A stretch of 64,000 nucleotides of DNA from Acidobacteriota bacterium (GTDB lineage Bacteria > Acidobacteriota > UBA6911 > RPQK01 > JAJDTT01), in contig CBDCJH010000002.1 of the NCBI GenBank assembly GCA_965217775.1, positions 6,176,001-6,240,000 of the forward strand, in the 5' to 3' direction. Each line of letters opens with the position of its first letter. Positions within the stretch are counted from its first letter, which is position 1. This document shows, piece after piece, positions 39,139 through 48,804 of the stretch. Under the pieces are notes generated by a model that saw only the letters and a program-made list of their open reading frames with translations, had not been told where the DNA came from and ran no database searches. The position numbers and the translations under genes are program-made.

Positions 39139-40434
39139 TCAACCCTGTCCCGGCTCCACCAGCAGCAGGGTCCGATTCTCAGGGCGGAAGGTCTCGGCGG
39201 CCACCCGGAGGATATCCTGGGGAGTCGTCTCGGTGTACCGGGACCATTCCCGGTTGATTTCCCCAGCGTCTCCGTAAAACACGGCGTGGTGGGCCAGGAT
39301 CTCGCCCACGTCCGAAACCTTCTCCAACCGGCGGACGAAGCGAAACACGAGCTGATTGCGGGCCTTGTCCAACTCCTGAGGAGTCACCACCTCCCGGCCC
39401 AGCCGACCCAGCTCGCTTTCCACCAGGTCCAGGACCGGGTCGACCGGGACTCCGTCCTGAATCTGCAGGAAGATGTCGAACATACTCGGGCCACGGTACT
39501 GGTTGGGCCCGGCCGACAGTCCGGCGACCCAGTTCCGCTCGTAGACCAGTTGGCGGTAGAGGCGCGAGGAGGAGCCGTCCGTCAGCAGCAGGGCGAGGAC
39601 GCTGAGGGCGTAGTACTCCGGACTCCCCACGGGCGGCATGTGGTAGCCCATGATGACCAGGGGGAGCACGGCCAGGGGATCCCGGATCGCCTCTCGTTTC
39701 TCCTCCTGTTGAGAAGGTTCCCGCAACGCCGGCCGGCGGGAACGAGTCCGATCCGGAATCGGCCCGAAGTACCGGTGGATCGACTCCAGGGCGCCGGCCT
39801 CCTGCAGGTCTCCCGAAAGGACCAGCACGGCGTTTCCCGGTCCGTAGTGCGTCCGGTGAAACTCCCTGGCGTCGGCCAGGGTCGCTCGTCTCAGATCTTC
39901 GACCGCGCCGATGATGGGATGGGCGTATTCCCAGCTCTCGTAGGCCAGGTCGTCCAGTCTCAGGAAAGCGCGCCCGTAGGGCCGGTTGTCGTAGCTCTGC
40001 TTCTTCTCCTCGATGACCGTCTGCCGCTGGTTCTCGAAATTCTCCGCGGTCACCTCCAGGGAGTTCATGCGGTCCGCCTCCAGCCACAGTCCCAGGTCCA
40101 GGCAGTTGGACGGCAGCGTTTCGTGGTAGGCGGTGCGGTCCTTGCTGGTGGTGGCGTTCCAGCGTCCCCCCGCCTCGTCCACGTATCGGCCGTGTTCGTT
40201 CTTGGCCACGTTCCGGGACCCCTGGAACATCATGTGCTCGAAGAGGTGGGCCAGACCGGAAAGCCCCGGCACTTCGTAGCAGGAGCCGACCCGGTAATGG
40301 AGGCTGATGTGCACCAGGGGAACGCGGCGGCTGGGCCGCAGAATGACCTGGAGGCCGTTGGGCAAGGTTTCCTGCCGGAGCTGGACGCGTGGAATATTCA
40401 AGCTTTCCCCGGTGGGGTCCGCAGCCGTCTTCAT
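39139..40434 (-). CDS. M16 (pitrilysin-family) zinc peptidase
   Basis: GLAHLFEHMMF, NATTSKDRT and LWLEADRM motifs. Confidence 0.93.
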   Translation of the reverse strand: MKTAADPTGESLNIPRVQLRQETLPNGLQVILRPSRRVPLVHISLHYRVGSCYEVPGLSGLAHLFEHMMFQGSRNVAKNEHGRYVDEAGGRWNATTSKDRTAYHETLPSNCLDLGLWLEADRMNSLEVTAENFENQRQTVIEEKKQSYDNRPYGRAFLRLDDLAYESWEYAHPIIGAVEDLRRATLADAREFHRTHYGPGNAVLVLSGDLQEAGALESIHRYFGPIPDRTRSRRPALREPSQQEEKREAIRDPLAVLPLVIMGYHMPPVGSPEYYALSVLALLLTDGSSSRLYRQLVYERNWVAGLSAGPNQYRGPSMFDIFLQIQDGVPVDPVLDLVESELGRLGREVVTPQELDKARNQLVFRFVRRLEKVSDVGEILAHHAVFYGDAGEINREWSRYTETTPQDILRVAAETFRPENRTLLLVEPGQG

Positions 40435-40443
40435 GGGAGGATT

Positions 40444-41085
40444 CTACCGTTTGGAGCTTGGATACCGGATCTCGAACTCGAAGAAGACCAGGGGTTCCTT
40501 GGCCGAAAAATTGTAGATCTCCGGGAGATAGAAGCGGCTCTTGGACAGGTCCCATCCGTCCCAGGGAATTTCATAGAAGACCACGCCGAAGTCCTTGGTG
40601 TACGGTGCGATGAGCTTCTCGCCGAACGCTTTCTGGTCGAAGTCGGCGAGCATCTCTTCGCTCGCGACTTTTACGCTCCGGGAGCCGCGGCGCCCCGGGC
40701 CCGGAGGTTCGATGGTTGAGATCGGGGGCCGCCGTTTGTTGTTCAGGTCCGCCAGCACGTCCAGGTAGTGCATCGGACGATGCTGGGTCCCGGCGGAATC
40801 GATCAGGAAGATGGCCCGGCCGTCGAGGCTCACCACGAAATCGTTGTTGTTTTCCACCACGATGAGCACCGGGAGAATCCTCTTCTTGCCGAACTTGTCG
40901 GTGTCGAACAACTGTCGGGCCTTGTACCGGGTGTCGCAGGGGTAGGCGGCGATGACCAGATTCTGGAATTCCTGATGGGAAGCGTACTGCCTGGCTGCTT
41001 TCGCGCGGATCTCCACCGGCTTGTAGCCGAGAGCCACAGAGCCCGCCAGAAGTTGCCCCGCCAGAAGAACGTAAAAGCTGGTCAT
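40444..41085 (-). CDS. Hypothetical secreted protein
   Basis: Signal peptide, AAGGA SD, operonic spacing. Confidence 0.7.
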   Translation of the reverse strand: MTSFYVLLAGQLLAGSVALGYKPVEIRAKAARQYASHQEFQNLVIAAYPCDTRYKARQLFDTDKFGKKRILPVLIVVENNNDFVVSLDGRAIFLIDSAGTQHRPMHYLDVLADLNNKRRPPISTIEPPGPGRRGSRSVKVASEEMLADFDQKAFGEKLIAPYTKDFGVVFYEIPWDGWDLSKSRFYLPEIYNFSAKEPLVFFEFEIRYPSSKR

Positions 41086-41214
41086 TTCCTTCCGAGGCCT
41101 ATTGTAAGCGGTGGGTGTCTCCCGGTGTCGAGTCCCGCCGCGGATTTCGAACGGATTTGTCTTCCGGCAGATGGAGCAGAGAGCGGGACGAATGCCGGAA
41201 CCCGACTTCCACCG

Positions 41215-41772
41215 TCAGATCCCAGGTGTTCGCGATGCCTGCGCCAAGATCCGATCCAGAAGCCGGAGGATCTCGCCGTGCAGAACCGATCGGTTCTTTT
41301 GCGTCACCTTGATGAGGAGTGCGTCCTCCCGGTCCCGAATGCGTTTCAGGACGCCGGCGCCGCGCAGCGAGATGGTCCCCAGAACCGGACAGGGTGAATC
41401 CAGGAGCTCGAGTATCGTCTCTCGCAAGGGCCGGGAGAGGAACTCCATCTTGGCGATCTCGTCGACCACCATGAGGTCCGTCCGCTTCCGCTTCCAGTCC
41501 AGATGAGGCAGGACCAGGTTCTCCAGCATCCAGGGGTGGACGCCGTAGGGTCCCAGCCGATATCGGGAGGTGGTCTGGTAGTCCCGGTGCGCAAACACTC
41601 CTGAAGTCCCGTTCAGGGCCACCGCCCGGAAACCCATGCGGCGGCCCCGGGTGCGGATCTCCTCCGTGTAGAAGCCACTCAGGGCCAAATGGCCGAGACG
41701 CTCGACAGTCCGTTGGACCAGGGTGGTCTTCCCGATTCCCGGATGTCCCGTGAGCAGCAGGTTCGTGGTCAT
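41215..41772 (-). CDS. NTPase_1 (THEP1-like) nucleoside triphosphatase
   Basis: LLLTGHPGIGKTT, GFYTEEIR and VDEIAKME motifs. Confidence 0.9.
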   Translation of the reverse strand: MTTNLLLTGHPGIGKTTLVQRTVERLGHLALSGFYTEEIRTRGRRMGFRAVALNGTSGVFAHRDYQTTSRYRLGPYGVHPWMLENLVLPHLDWKRKRTDLMVVDEIAKMEFLSRPLRETILELLDSPCPVLGTISLRGAGVLKRIRDREDALLIKVTQKNRSVLHGEILRLLDRILAQASRTPGI

Positions 41773-42785
41773 TGGCGGCGCCCCAGATGGCGGTTCAGGT
41801 AACGGCAGATGTGCCAGGCGTCCATGCAGATGAAGGGGAATCGGGCCGTCGTGTAATGGCCGCAAGGCAGCACGACCCGATCGTACGGGATTCGATGCTC
41901 CCGGTATTGCAGAAAGACCTGTTGCGAGAGTTCCGGGATGAAGGTCAGATCGTAGCGGGCGGTGATCAGGAGATGGGGCCGCTGGGAGTTCCGGAGCCGG
42001 GGAATGAAGTACCAGGGACTGATCGGCGCCCAGCACTGCTCCAGGTCGTCCCGAGCGATGTAGCCTTCCAGCCCCCAGCGGACGTATCGCGTTGCCAGGC
42101 CGGTCCAGACCACCTGGGCGAAGGAGGAGGAGACGTGGTTGAACACGCCGGTCTGGATGAGTGGGTCGTGGACGAAGGCCAGGAACGTGACGCAGGAGCC
42201 GATGCTGGTTCCCAAGACGCCCACGTGCTCGTAGCCCTCGTCCCGGAGCCAGCGAGCGACTTGGAGCACTTCCAGCACGGCTTGGCGCGTGGCCTGAAGG
42301 GTCCTGCCGATGTTGGGGCTCACCATGTGTTCGGCCCGCACTTCCCCCGGAGGCATCCGCCGTTCGTGGTAGGGGAGAGACAGGCGCACCGCCGTGATGC
42401 CCAGGTGTGTCAACAGCCGGCAGAGCCCCACGTGGCTGGTGGCGGCCGCATTCCACTGGGGAACCACGATGACGGCCCGGCGCCGATCCGGACCCGGGAA
42501 GATCCGGGCATGGACCGTGTTGTTGACGGGGTAGGCGCTCTCGACCGGGGTCTCGAAAGTGAGACGGTCGCCGCACCGCCGGAGGTTCCGCGGGGGCGTG
42601 CTCGCGTAGAATCGACGGTCCGCCAGGGCCGACCGTGCGTACTTCTTCACCTGGGAGAGGGGATCGCCGTCACCCGCGTCGCCGAGACACTCGACGCCCC
42701 AGTTGAAGGGCAGGATCCGGCGGCTCGTATCGCGCAGTGTCAGGATCCGTTCCCGGCGCTCGATCCAGCGGCCGTAAGTGTTCAT
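41769..42785 (-). CDS. Alpha/beta hydrolase (ABHD18/DUF2048-like)
   Basis: LPYHERR, GTSIG nucleophile elbow, PCGHY. Confidence 0.85.
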   Translation of the reverse strand: MNTYGRWIERRERILTLRDTSRRILPFNWGVECLGDAGDGDPLSQVKKYARSALADRRFYASTPPRNLRRCGDRLTFETPVESAYPVNNTVHARIFPGPDRRRAVIVVPQWNAAATSHVGLCRLLTHLGITAVRLSLPYHERRMPPGEVRAEHMVSPNIGRTLQATRQAVLEVLQVARWLRDEGYEHVGVLGTSIGSCVTFLAFVHDPLIQTGVFNHVSSSFAQVVWTGLATRYVRWGLEGYIARDDLEQCWAPISPWYFIPRLRNSQRPHLLITARYDLTFIPELSQQVFLQYREHRIPYDRVVLPCGHYTTARFPFICMDAWHICRYLNRHLGRRQ

Positions 42786-43876
42786 TCGGGCGGCCGATCG
42801 GTCGCGCTCTGTCCGAACTCGAGCTGGAAGAGTTCCAGGAACGACAGTCCCAGAGCCACCAGGATGGGGCCGAAGATGAGGCCCGGCAAACCCAGGTAGG
42901 AAACCCCTCCCATCAGGGAGAAGAAGACCAGGAGACTGTGCATCTTGACTCGGCCCTCGATGAAGAAGGGCCGGACCACGTTGTCGAGGAGCCCGACCAG
43001 AAGGAAGAGCCCGATGAACACGAAGCCGCTCGCACCCGAGACGGTGCTCAGGAGATAAATCGCCCAGGGAATCCAGACCAGCGCGGTACCCACGATGGGA
43101 ACCAGGGAGAAGAAGGCCGTGAGCGTGCCCCAGAATATTGCCTGGTCGATGCCCACGATCCAGAAGACCAGGCCTCCGGCAATTCCTTGAACCACCGCCG
43201 TGACCAGGCTCCCCACGACCGTGGCCGAGGCGACTTGGCGAAACGTGGTCATGATCTGACGCTGGTACTCGTTCGAAAGGGGTGAGAGGTGCCTGTAATC
43301 TCGAGTCAGGCGCGCACTGTCCCGAAAGAGGAAGAACATGGTGATCAGCATGATCACGAAACTGGTGACGAAACTGAGAAGTCCGGTCACCAGTTCGGAA
43401 CTGTGTTCCAACAGGAACAGGCTGATTTTTTCCAGCAGCGTGGCCAACCCTTCCCCCAGGTTGAAATGGTCCAAACCGACCTGGTCCAAGTCGACGTACC
43501 GTTCCACGAATTGCCGCATTCGATCCGGAATCAGGTCGTCGCCCAGTTGCCAGAAGGGGCCGTCCCACTCCTGCTGGTCCAGAGCAGACTGGAACTTGTC
43601 GTAGATCTCCTTTGCCTGGGTCGTCACCTGGGTAAGAATCAGGGCGAAGGGCAGGAGGATAAGAGCCGTCATCCCCAGGCAGGTGACCAGCGCCGCCAAT
43701 CCACTGTGGCCCTTCAGCCTTCCGCGGATCCAGTCGAAGGCGGGATAGCAAAGGCTCACCAGCACGGCGGCCAGCGCGACCGGCAGCAGAAACGGCCGGA
43801 AAATCTGCACTACGTAGTAGAAGACGGGCAGGGAGAAGATCAGCAGAAACAGACGCGCGTAGCGACCCCGGTACAT
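42782..43876 (-). CDS. AI-2E family transporter
   Basis: MFFLFRD, PIVGTALVWIP, DNVVRP and GLIFGP motifs. Confidence 0.9.
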   Translation of the reverse strand: MYRGRYARLFLLIFSLPVFYYVVQIFRPFLLPVALAAVLVSLCYPAFDWIRGRLKGHSGLAALVTCLGMTALILLPFALILTQVTTQAKEIYDKFQSALDQQEWDGPFWQLGDDLIPDRMRQFVERYVDLDQVGLDHFNLGEGLATLLEKISLFLLEHSSELVTGLLSFVTSFVIMLITMFFLFRDSARLTRDYRHLSPLSNEYQRQIMTTFRQVASATVVGSLVTAVVQGIAGGLVFWIVGIDQAIFWGTLTAFFSLVPIVGTALVWIPWAIYLLSTVSGASGFVFIGLFLLVGLLDNVVRPFFIEGRVKMHSLLVFFSLMGGVSYLGLPGLIFGPILVALGLSFLELFQLEFGQSATDRPPE

Positions 43877-44077
43877 CAGTCCGAATGATACACTGAAAGC
43901 GGCTTCCGCAGTCCGCAGTGAAATCACCTGGACGCATCAAAATCGGAAATCATCAAGACATGGCGGCGTCTGTGCTCGTGTTGGGGCGATTCTTCTCGCC
44001 GACCATCTTGGCCGCCGGTCGAAATACGGCGCGGGTCGAGTGATGTGACGGCTATTGCGAAGGACCGGTAAATCGCC

Positions 44078-45040
44078 ATGGACCCCTGTCCCATCTGCCG
44101 AGCCCCCGACTGGGAGCATTTCTGCGCCGTTCCGGACCGGCTCCGAAAAATCGTGGACCAGAGTTGGGAGATCGTCCGTTGCCGCTCCTGCGGTCTCGGC
44201 CGAACCGAACCCTCACCCGGCGAGAAGAATCTCATGGCGTATTACCCTCCCGGATACTGGGGGGATGTGGTCAAGACCCTGAATCGGTTTCAATCCGGGC
44301 AACTGGTGTCAGCCCGCTCCTGGCGTCAGGAGGCCGAGAAGGTCCGGTTGCTGGAACGCTACTTGCGGGAAGGATCCCTCCTGGACGTGGGTTGCGGGGA
44401 CGGCAAGTTTCTTTGGGGTCTGGACGGCGGCCGCTGGCGGCGGACCGGGCTCGAGCCTTCCCGGCGAGTCGTTGAGTTGGTCCGGGAGCGGATTCCGGAC
44501 ATCGATTTCGTGATCGGGGACCTTTTCTCGAGTCGACTGCAAACGGGTACCTTCGATGCGATCACGTTCTGGCATGTGCTGGAGCACCTTCCGGACCCGA
44601 GGCGGGTGATGCGCCGGGTCCGGGATCTGCTGCGGCCGGAGGGCTGGCTCATCATCTCCCTGCCCAACCTGGACAGCTTGCAGGCCCGGATCTTTCGCCG
44701 GCACTGGTATGCATTCGATGACGTGCCCCGCCACCTGTTTCACTATTCTCCGCGCTCCCTGGCTCTGCTTCTGGAACAGGAGGATTTCGAGGTTCGGGAT
44801 CAACTCGGTTTTTCCAGGATCATCGGCTTTCACTGCCTCAAGCACAGCCTGGTCAACTGGTCGGAAAGCCTCTTCGGTTCCCGGGCTCCCTACTATTCGC
44901 TCAAGCCCATCCTGCCCCTGTGCGCACTGCTGGAACGAGTGGCACGTCGCTCCGGCATCATTACCCTGGTCGCCCGGAAACCTAGCCGGCAACGGCCGGA
45001 GCCTGAAGTGAAACAGAGGCCCAACCGGTACGTACTGTAG
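44078..45040 (+). CDS. Class I SAM-dependent methyltransferase
   Basis: N-terminal CxxC...CxxC; LDVGCGDG, WHVLEHLPDP and PRHLFHY motifs. Confidence 0.9.
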   Translation: MDPCPICRAPDWEHFCAVPDRLRKIVDQSWEIVRCRSCGLGRTEPSPGEKNLMAYYPPGYWGDVVKTLNRFQSGQLVSARSWRQEAEKVRLLERYLREGSLLDVGCGDGKFLWGLDGGRWRRTGLEPSRRVVELVRERIPDIDFVIGDLFSSRLQTGTFDAITFWHVLEHLPDPRRVMRRVRDLLRPEGWLIISLPNLDSLQARIFRRHWYAFDDVPRHLFHYSPRSLALLLEQEDFEVRDQLGFSRIIGFHCLKHSLVNWSESLFGSRAPYYSLKPILPLCALLERVARRSGIITLVARKPSRQRPEPEVKQRPNRYVL

Positions 45041-45048
45041 GTGGGAGG

Positions 45049-45645
45049 ATGGAGAAGACCGATGCCGAGTTGGTCGTCGCGAGCCTCGAGGGTGCGCCGT
45101 ATGCTTTCGAGCAGATCGTCCAGCGCTACCAGCGGCTGGTCTTCAACATCATTTACCATCACCTGGGCCGGCGGCACGAAGTGGAAGACGTGGCTCAGGA
45201 AGTCTTCCTCAAGGTCTTCAACTCCCTCGGCCGATTCGATCGGAGCCGCCCGCTGAAGGCCTGGATCGCCAAGATCACGGTCAACCAATGCCGCGACGTA
45301 TTGAGAAAGCGACGGAGTTCCAGGGTGGAGGCATTCTCCAACTTCACCGAAAACGAGGAGCGGAGAATCCGGTCCCTTCACGACGTTTCCGCCGGTACCG
45401 CCGCCATGACGGAGACGGAATCCAGAGCCTGTCTCAAGCTCTTGGAACAGCTGGTGCGCCGTTTGTCTCACAAGGATCGAACCGCGTTCCTGCTCAGGGA
45501 GGTGGAGGGATTCGGATATGATGAGGTGTCCAAGGCCCTGGGAAGCAGCGAGGTGGCGGCCCGGATCCGGGTCAGCCGCACGCGCAAGCGGCTGCTCGCG
45601 GCTCTGTCTCAGGTTCTTTCCAGCGGAGAAACGTTGAGAACATGA
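45049..45645 (+). CDS. ECF RNA polymerase sigma factor
   Basis: EDVAQEVFLK, KAWIAKITVN; region 4 EGFGYDEVSKALG. Confidence 0.92.
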   Translation: MEKTDAELVVASLEGAPYAFEQIVQRYQRLVFNIIYHHLGRRHEVEDVAQEVFLKVFNSLGRFDRSRPLKAWIAKITVNQCRDVLRKRRSSRVEAFSNFTENEERRIRSLHDVSAGTAAMTETESRACLKLLEQLVRRLSHKDRTAFLLREVEGFGYDEVSKALGSSEVAARIRVSRTRKRLLAALSQVLSSGETLRT

Positions 45646-46064
45646 ATCGGAAACACATTCGGTTCGAAGACCTGGAGCCGACCGAGGCTCCGGATGAAGA
45701 ACATCTGAAGTCGTGCGGCCGGTGCCGCCGGGAGTTGCGCGCCTTCCGCCTCTTTCGGTTTCACTTGGAACACCTGCCCCGGGTGGAGCCTCCAGCCCAT
45801 TTTGCCCGGACCGTGGCCCGGCTGGCCGAGGAAAGGCGGGTGGTGCCGTTCGCCCTGTTCCTGGAACGTGCCGCCCGGCAGTTGGCTCCCGGCTTGATCG
45901 CACTGATGGGAGCCGTTTCCATGCTGCTCTATCAGCTTTCCCAGCCGGTTGACCTGAACTTGACTCCTTTGGAAAGCCTGCCCGAGGAGGCCTCTCTGGA
46001 ACACACCGTCGATTCCTTGAGGCTGTCGTCGGAAGGGGGTTGGATCATTGACGAATCGAACTAA
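45642..46064 (+). CDS. Zinc-binding anti-sigma factor (putative)
   Basis: HLKSCGRC (HxxxCxxC-like) plus one TM; overlaps the sigma stop. Confidence 0.75.
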   Translation: MNRKHIRFEDLEPTEAPDEEHLKSCGRCRRELRAFRLFRFHLEHLPRVEPPAHFARTVARLAEERRVVPFALFLERAARQLAPGLIALMGAVSMLLYQLSQPVDLNLTPLESLPEEASLEHTVDSLRLSSEGGWIIDESN

Positions 46065-46488
46065 GGCCGTCTTCTGGATCATCTTCGTATTCCTCGCGGG
46101 CAGCTTCGTCGGGGGCGCTCTGAGTTTTGTCTTGATCCGGCCGGCCTACTTCCATGCCGGAGGCGGGCCGGATCGGCGGCCGCCGGCGCGGGAGCCGGGA
46201 CAGCCCCGCCGCAATGGGTCGCGGTTCCTCCAACGGCTGGATCAGGCTCTGGATCTGGACCCGGACCAGGAAATCCAGGTTCGCCAGATCGTGGAGACGA
46301 CTCGGAAAACGTTCCGCGAAGCGGCCGAGGAAGCCGCCCGGATGCACAGAGAGATTCGTAAACAGGCCCGGAATCAGATTCGCGCTCTCCTCAGGCCGGA
46401 GCAGGTGGAGAAATACGACGAGATGACCCGGCGGAAGGATCGAAGATTCCGCGAAGGAAAACGTCGCAGAGCCGATTCTTCCCAATAA
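46048..46488 (+). CDS. Spy/CpxP/heavy-metal-sensor-like periplasmic protein
   Basis: TM anchor; LDLDPDQ and LRPEQ (LTxxQ-like) motifs. Confidence 0.7.
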   Translation: MTNRTKAVFWIIFVFLAGSFVGGALSFVLIRPAYFHAGGGPDRRPPAREPGQPRRNGSRFLQRLDQALDLDPDQEIQVRQIVETTRKTFREAAEEAARMHREIRKQARNQIRALLRPEQVEKYDEMTRRKDRRFREGKRRRADSSQ

Positions 46489-46550
46489 TCGGGTTACCCA
46501 ACAATCCCGCCTCGTCTTTCGAGACGGCCCCGGCATCTTCCTGTTGTAGA

Positions 46551-47468
46551 ATGACAGCTTTCCAAGATCCGTGGCGAGAGCCGCCGCGGCATTCGGCCGG
46601 CATTGCGTCCCGTCCGGGGTCGGGCAAATTCGTGGGAAAAACGGAACCTCCAGTCAGACTGAATCAAGCGGATTCGACAAAATCGTTTTCCGTTCTCTTC
46701 CTCGCTGCACGACCATTACCACCAATTCCTCCTCTCTCTTTTCTCTTTCCTCTTTCTTCTTTCCTCAACAAGTGGTGCCTCACGGTGATCTTCGCCGGCT
46801 GGATCGGCCAGCCGATCCTGGCCCAGGCTTCACCCGCTTCCCATCCCAGGAAGTGGGAGTTCTCGGTCCTGGCCGGGGCGGGGTTCCTGTCCGACAGGAC
46901 CTTCGGCCCCGCGGAAACGGGGAGTGGATCTTCCTTGGTCTCGCTCGACTACAATGCGGGCTACTCACTCGGATTCGGAGTGATCGAAAACCTGGGGGAG
47001 AGGTTCGGCGCCGAGATGCGCTACGGCATCGGCAGCCTTCCGATCGCCGCCGGTAGCTTGACGGCGGAACCGTCGACGCCGGAGCAGGCCCATAATGTTC
47101 ATGGGCTCATCTACAGCCTTCTGGTCTATCCTCAGGGCTGGAAGGGGGGCAGACTCGTTCCGTATGCATTGGCGGGACTCGGAGCGTCGCTGTTTCAGCC
47201 GTCCGGCGATACCGATGTGGCCTCCCGGGGCTTGATCCTCAAGAACCGCTGGAAGTTGGCCGGCGAGATGGGCGCTGGCGTCAAACTCCATCTGGATCGA
47301 CCGTGGGGCCTCCGGTTCGAGGTTCGGGATCGGATCTCGGGAGTTCCCGGCTACGGTCTTCCCCGGACGCCCTCCCCGGAGGAGGGTGCCGGTTTGGCAC
47401 TTCCGGCAAGCGGCCGACTGCACCACTGGCAGTTCCACGTCGGCCTCACCTACAATTTCGCCCCCTGA
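46551..47468 (+). CDS. Outer-membrane beta-barrel protein
   Basis: WEFSVLAG, PYALAGLG, WGLRFEVRD; C-terminal VGLTYNF. True start probably downstream. Confidence 0.7.
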   Translation: MTAFQDPWREPPRHSAGIASRPGSGKFVGKTEPPVRLNQADSTKSFSVLFLAARPLPPIPPLSFLFPLSSFLNKWCLTVIFAGWIGQPILAQASPASHPRKWEFSVLAGAGFLSDRTFGPAETGSGSSLVSLDYNAGYSLGFGVIENLGERFGAEMRYGIGSLPIAAGSLTAEPSTPEQAHNVHGLIYSLLVYPQGWKGGRLVPYALAGLGASLFQPSGDTDVASRGLILKNRWKLAGEMGAGVKLHLDRPWGLRFEVRDRISGVPGYGLPRTPSPEEGAGLALPASGRLHHWQFHVGLTYNFAP

Positions 47469-47552
47469 TCGTCTCCTCGCCAGATTCAAACCTCGAGTGG
47501 GGCCGGGAGACCGGCGGGGTGACCCCGGGCAGCGCCCCTCTCACTCCTCACC

Positions 47553-47614
47553 TCGTTTGGCCCCGTCTTGCGCCGGTTTGGATCGAAGAGGACGCCCACA
47601 AGGGGCGCCCCTAC
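47553..47614. repeat. GTAG-type REP-like repeat, copy 2
   Basis: GGACGCCCACAAGGGGCGCCCCTAC with a flank homologous to 580-640. Confidence 0.7.
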
Positions 47615-47619
47615 CGGCT

Positions 47620-48405
47620 TCAGTGGGTCATGGCGTAAACGATGTAGTTGATCCCCAACTGGAAGGCCAGGTTGGCGTATTTCCGGGGGTACTCCTCCAC
47701 TTCGGCCCACTCCCAGGCATCTCCGAGATCCACGTTGTAGTTGATCATCACCATGAGGCGTCCCCGCTCGTCCATGACCCCCATGTAACGCGCATCGTAT
47801 CCGCCCTTCTCCCAGGTTTTTCCGTAGAACAGGTACTGGATTCCCGGGATCTGGATCAACTCGTCGATATCGTAATAGCAGTGGAAGACCGGATGAGACA
47901 GGGGGAGGTCGATCGGCTCATATTCGGGGAATACCTTCTTGATCTGCTGGTAGAAATTGTTCCACTCCCAGGGGCCATGGAAGTCGTCCACCACCAGAAA
48001 TCCGCCCCGCAGAAGATACTCCCTCAGCTTCGACGCCTCCTGGTCGGAGAGATGCATCCTTCCGACTTCCACCGCGTAGAGGAACGGGTAGTCGAACACC
48101 TCGGCATCCAGAATGGAGAGGGCCTTGTTGCCGGAAGAGACGAAGGTGAAGTCGCTCAGTTTCTCCAGGCCGTACAGGAACTGGAGATCGGCTTTCGGAT
48201 AGTCGGTTTGCCAGCTCCGGCTCCACCCGTGACGCGCCCAGCCAGGACCCGAGTAGACCAGCCGGAGAAAGGTGAACTCCGAGTCATGACCGCCTTCAGT
48301 CTTGGGACGATGGTGGTCACCACCGGCAGCCAGGGCCAACCAGGTCAGCGGCGCCGCGGTCAGCAGCCAGATCTTTCCGAATGTCGGTTTCCTGAACACG
48401 ACCAA
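47620..48405 (-). CDS. DUF4159 protein
   Basis: WQTDYPKAD, YLLRGGFLVVDDFHG, DLGDAWEW and NYIVYAMTH motifs. Confidence 0.88.
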   Translation of the reverse strand: MVVFRKPTFGKIWLLTAAPLTWLALAAGGDHHRPKTEGGHDSEFTFLRLVYSGPGWARHGWSRSWQTDYPKADLQFLYGLEKLSDFTFVSSGNKALSILDAEVFDYPFLYAVEVGRMHLSDQEASKLREYLLRGGFLVVDDFHGPWEWNNFYQQIKKVFPEYEPIDLPLSHPVFHCYYDIDELIQIPGIQYLFYGKTWEKGGYDARYMGVMDERGRLMVMINYNVDLGDAWEWAEVEEYPRKYANLAFQLGINYIVYAMTH

Positions 48406-48804
48406 TGACCTCGTTGCAGGAAAACGCGAGGTTTCACATGAGATGCGGATTCACTGTAAGGGACCCGAGGTTCCCAGACAACTCGAAGGATATGCGAGGA
48501 AGCGAGGGTGGCGGCACTCCACGGCTTCGTCCGACGGGTGGACGGTCCCCTCTCCCGGTCCCGTATCCAACACGGATTCCGTGCGCTTCGGGCGGGATCG
48601 AGACCTCCAACCGTCGCCCGATGCCTGTTCCCGGACTCCACTTTCCTCGTCTTCCCTTCCACCCTCGTGTATAATTTTCCCGGTTGCAATAGTCGGCCGA
48701 ATATCTTTTCATTCCCTTTAATTTGGGGCGTTCATGGACGAGGACAGGTGATGCAGTGGATCACGCCGATCGGCCGTAGCGGTCGAGGGAATGATGGGGT
48801 GACG

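Noticed and set aside
48430-48800. Structured ncRNA in the DUF4159-S41 spacer
   Set aside because: Only a short CGAGGGTGG/CCACCCTCG inverted repeat; insufficient evidence.
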